DNA of 64,000 nt. Source: Felis catus. Its lineage: Eukaryota. A model generated the notes under the pieces. That model saw nothing but the letters and a program-made list of their open reading frames with translations. It was not told the DNA's origin and made no database searches. Positions 60,201-64,000 of the stretch are shown here, in pieces. Each line of letters starts with the position of its first letter. Position 1 is the first letter of the stretch. The translations under genes and the position numbers were made by a program. The stretch covers positions 51,274,001-51,338,000 of the forward strand of contig NC_058370.1 in assembly GCF_018350175.1 (NCBI RefSeq). The letters run 5' to 3'.

Positions 60201-63200
60201 CAGGACTGTTCAAAAGCCAACGCCGAGGGTGAAAATCTTTTGATCCAGCTGCTTCCTGCCTTTTAAAACCCAACCAATCCCATCACAATGATGCTTTTGA
60301 AAGGTAAGCTAGCACCATCCATGGATTTTAGAGACCCCACTTTCTTTGCTGACTGCAGAGGGGAACACACACAAACAACAAAGCATTCCACGCAGGCAAA
60401 ACCAAACTGGTCTGAAGCAGCGACGCCAAGCCCAGAGGACGCCAAGCCCTGAGTTACTTGAGGTGTGATATGAACGGAGGCTGTCAGAAATGGAACCAGC
60501 ATCCTGGGCATGGGAAAAAATGAGCTGGTCATATGCACATGGAAGGAAAATGTCAGGCAAGCAGCGTGGGTAAGAGGAAATATGAACTGAGTAGAAGAGA
60601 GTCATGATTCATCACCCATGTCCTTTGGAGGCTTTGTCTGAAGATGTTTAGAGGTGAGAGCTGCAAATAGAACAGGTACTTGGTAGGCGTGGTTGTGCCC
60701 TAATCCAAGTAGGAGGGCAAAAGTGGGGGCTCCTGAAAAGGTTATGTGAACATAGTAGGGGGTGGATGTCACAGAACAATTTTCGTTGGGAGTCACGCCT
60801 GGGTATCTTTAACTGTCCACCTTAATCCACAGGATTCAAGGGATAAAAGCTCATGAAAAACACCCTGAGTGCTTCGTACTTGGCTTCCTGTGGGACCAGC
60901 ATCACATTACGTAGCCAGAGACCCCCAGACCCTCTTGTTCCTAGCACCTTTGCTCCTCAATCTCAACTCAAATATCATCTCCCCAGAAGCCCTCACAGCA
61001 GCTACCTCAACAGTGATGCCTGCTCACACCCCAGACACAATCATCATAACTAAGAACAGTGCCAACCACAGAATGAGTCTAAGGAGGCCTGAGTTCTAAT
61101 TTTCCCCATGAGGACTACACTTTACTATTTCTTTTGAAATACCAAACATTAAGCTCTATCATTGAATATTTTGGAGACTTCACTAAATACCTAGTTGGGC
61201 TCCTGGGTTACCAGCATTGCTCTCTGAGGCTGACTTTTGAACACTTATTTCTTGACTTGCTACTGCCTGCCTCTTCCACTACACTTGAGGCTCTAGAGGG
61301 CAGCGGGTCTGTCTGTGTCCCCTGCGTATAGCACAGTGCCCTGCAGAGTTGGAGGCTGACACATCTTGTTGATAGGTGGGCAAATGCCTATCCTCTTGTG
61401 CAGTGGGCTCTGGTATTCACCCTGGAGTCAAGTGTCCCAGGCAGAGGCTCATTGAACACAGCAAGTTATGATGGTGGTGTGAAGGTAGGCCTTTGCTCAC
61501 ATCAAAGGAGGCTGGGGGCTTTAGGGCTCTGCAGAGGTCAATGCAAATTGACCTCTCCTAGCTCAAATAGCCTCCTCTAATGTTATTCTGTAAGGATGGC
61601 TGTGTCTGTCCCTGGAGCAAGCTGAGCTCAGAGAAGCCTAGAGCTGTAACAGAGTCTGTCTCCTTAGCAAAGCCCAACCAGAACCCAAGAGGTTGAGGGG
61701 GGTCCCTACTCGTGGTCACTAGTGAGAGTACAGAGCATCACAGGCCTCCAGGGCATTCTCCTCCTTGGGCACGTTGTCCAGAGTCCACTGGGCAGAGAAG
61801 TGAGCAAAGCAGGGGCTCTGTCTGCCATTGCACTCCAGACAGCCTGCCACTCTAGGTCTCAGACTGAGATGGATGGAGAGGGAGAGAAGGGGGGAGAGGG
61901 GGAAAAAGGTCTGGATACAGCTTCCCAGGAAGCTGCATCAGCCAGATGACAATCAGAATTAACATTAGAACACCTTGATGAAAGAAAGGAAGAAAGAGTT
62001 GAATCCGTGAATGAAAAATAGATTATTCACTGTCAGTCTGAACAATGGAACAAGACATAAATAGCAGCCATGCACAGGACATGCCAATTTTGCTCAAAAA
62101 TGGTGTGCACAGCACTCCAGCAGCCCTCCAGAGAGCTCAGTACCACAGCCAAGTTCTGTACCAAGCAGATGGGGAGAAAGAAAATAACAATGGCCTCTCA
62201 GAAGTGGGAAGGACGTGGGCTTTAAAGTCAAAGATTCATAGTTCTAGCTGCTGTTTACAACTGTGTACACACTCACAAGGTTAGGGTGGAGGGAGGGAAG
62301 CAGGACAGATGGGAAACAGAACACAGAAAGCAGAAGGAGAGGCCCAGGCCACCATCCTCAGGTGAGTGACATTCAGCCTCATGGAGCTTTGGTTCCAACA
62401 TCAGCAAGATTGGCTCCAACCACCTTGCAGTTGAGATACAGCATGAGTGTGTTGGGAAAGCTGTAAAGAGCAACTGCTATTACTGACATTGGGTAGAAAT
62501 AAGTGCTTCAGGAGTTCCTGCCTTGCCCAGCACAGAGAGGAGTATGTGTAAGAGTGAAAACAAGAAAGGAGGCATGCCCACAGATGAGAATGGAGCTTGT
62601 CAGTTGTGGTTGGGAAGGGAACATCAAGGTGTAGAGGGCCCCACCTCAGGTCTCTCTATGCTTTACAACCTCAGAGGCCAGGGATGACTAACAACCAGGC
62701 CCCTCCGCATCTCACTGGGCTCTGCTAGGACAATCCTGCTGGTAAATGCTATTTAGTTTGTCACCAACCAGAGTCCCTCTCTCCAAGACAATCCTGGCCC
62801 TAAGCACACCTGCTCACCTGCCCTCTGGTGCTCCAGAGGATGCAGCTGTGGCATGCTGGTTTCCGGGTCCTACCACCACGTTCCTGTGAGCCAAAAGGGA
62901 TCTCTGCAGCAGCCTTCCTTGATAAGCCTCCTCTCCCAGGGCCTGCAAGTCCTGGAGAGACTTCATGCCTTTGTACCTGAGTTGTCACTGAGACACCATG
63001 ACTCAGGTGACAGAGGGTCCTGTGTCTGTTACCCAGAGAGCCCCCTGTCAGCTCTCAGATGGAGCTACCTATCAGGCTGCATGCCATCTCTTTCCACTGA
63101 ACAAAAACTCAGGAAGTAGGAACAACTGTTCTCCCCACTTACAGAGGCACAGCAGAGAGAGTGTGTCTCGGGAAGGAGCCAGAATTCAAATCAGCAGAAA

Positions 63201-63250
63201 GGTGGGAATTGAGAAGGGTGGGTGGCAGTGTTCACAGAGACCTCCCTTAC

Positions 63251-63526
63251 CTTGGTGAAGGTCAAACAGTCCTTGTCCTGGTCTCTGTCCTTCATCTCGA
63301 AATCATAAAGTGCTTTGCCCTGGGGCGGGGTCTGTGGCAAGGGCCGGATGCACTGGATGTAGCTGGCCGGCAGGAAGCCATGAGCCCCGTGCAGCTCCCC
63401 ATGGTACCAGTGCTCATCCACCCTGCGCCGCAGGATGATGATGTCGCCCTTGCTGAACTTGAGGTCGCCGGGTTCTTTCCCCTCATAACTGTAGAGAGCT
63501 TTCCCATAGGGAAGCTGGGAAAGAGT
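63251..63526 (-). CDS. SH3RF3: SH3RF3 coding exon (probably exon 2): SH3 domain 1 and N-terminal half of SH3 domain 2
   Basis: Acceptor tgttttgctttcAG|ACT, donor AAG|GTAAGG; 276 nt, phase 0-0. Translation [92 protein letters not shown] has SH3 ALY, W and G-x-x-P-x-x-Y motifs. Confidence 0.96.
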
Positions 63527-63819
63527 CTGAAAGCAAAACATAGCATCTGGTTACTCAACGTGGCCTTCCTGCTGCCAGGTTAGATCTGCCTAGGTTAGGA
63601 GCTCCCATGCAGTGTGGACACATATAGAATGCTCTAGAGTGGGAAGTACTTCAAAGGAACAGATGCCCTGTATGGGAATACTCAAGCCCATGGTCCTGCC
63701 AAGACAAGATGGTCCCTGTAATGGCAGTCCCCCCTCAAATAGTACACATGAGAGGGGGGCCTTCCACAGGAACTAACTCACTCTGCCAAAAAGAACTCTG
63801 AAGGAGGAGCTAAATTGTC

Positions 63820-63950
63820 ATGAATTACAGGTGAGGGAACTGAGGCAGAGAGAGAGAGAAGGTAACTGGCTCAAAACCTCACCTCCGTAAGGGTTGCAGA
63901 ATTCCCACTCAGGTGGCTGGCTCTGGAATATTCTCATCTACTACTCTATG
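63820..63950 (-). mobile_element. MIR fragment
   Basis: ttacaggtgagggaactgaggcagag...ggtaactggctcaa. Confidence 0.6.
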
Positions 63951-64000
63951 TTGAACTGTCCTCCACTGAGTGCTATTTCTAGCTGCCAGACTTCCAACAA

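Larger units (their letters stand above)
1..64000 (-). other. SH3RF3: Internal portion of the SH3RF3 (POSH2) transcription unit; the first exon (RING finger) and downstream exons lie outside the window
   Basis: Three minus-strand exons splice in frame into a continuous peptide (...DCLTFTK|[10 protein letters not shown]...FPLLYVE|LNDSAKQLIEMDKPC...) recognisable as POSH-family. [19 protein letters not shown] and MDKPCPAAAS favour SH3RF3 over SH3RF1/2. Introns between the exons are 18,732 nt and 33,772 nt. Confidence 0.93.

Noticed and set aside
1-64000. A novel biological system, CRISPR array, operon or extra nested gene
   Set aside because: This is eukaryotic intronic DNA. I saw no repeat-spacer array and no other ORF with recognisable protein features or a spliced structure; the content is explained by SH3RF3 plus common repeats.

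Overview
Mammalian genomic DNA from a feliform carnivore, probably Felidae (judged from SINEC_Fc-type Can-SINEs). The whole window lies inside the minus-strand SH3RF3 (POSH2) gene. It holds three internal coding exons with canonical AG/GT ends: 63251-63526 (276 nt), 44423-44518 (96 nt) and 10297-10650 (354 nt), probably exons 2-4. Together they encode SH3 domain 1, SH3 domain 2 and the Rac-binding linker. The rest is intron, with six Can-SINEs, one tRNA-Lys-like SINE, a long decayed L1MC-type LINE-1 nested in an older L1 (with six short N gaps), many old L2/MIR/MLT1/MER58 fragments and simple repeats. Most other ORFs in the track appear to be chance or repeat-derived. I found no previously undescribed biological system. 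The best leads are regulatory: a distant-branch-point/RBFOX layout at the 96-nt exon acceptor, four CACGTG E-boxes in about 200 bp next to a homeobox-rich AT block, and inverted SINE pairs around the exons. Repeat family names come from recalled consensus sequences, and repeat boundaries are approximate.
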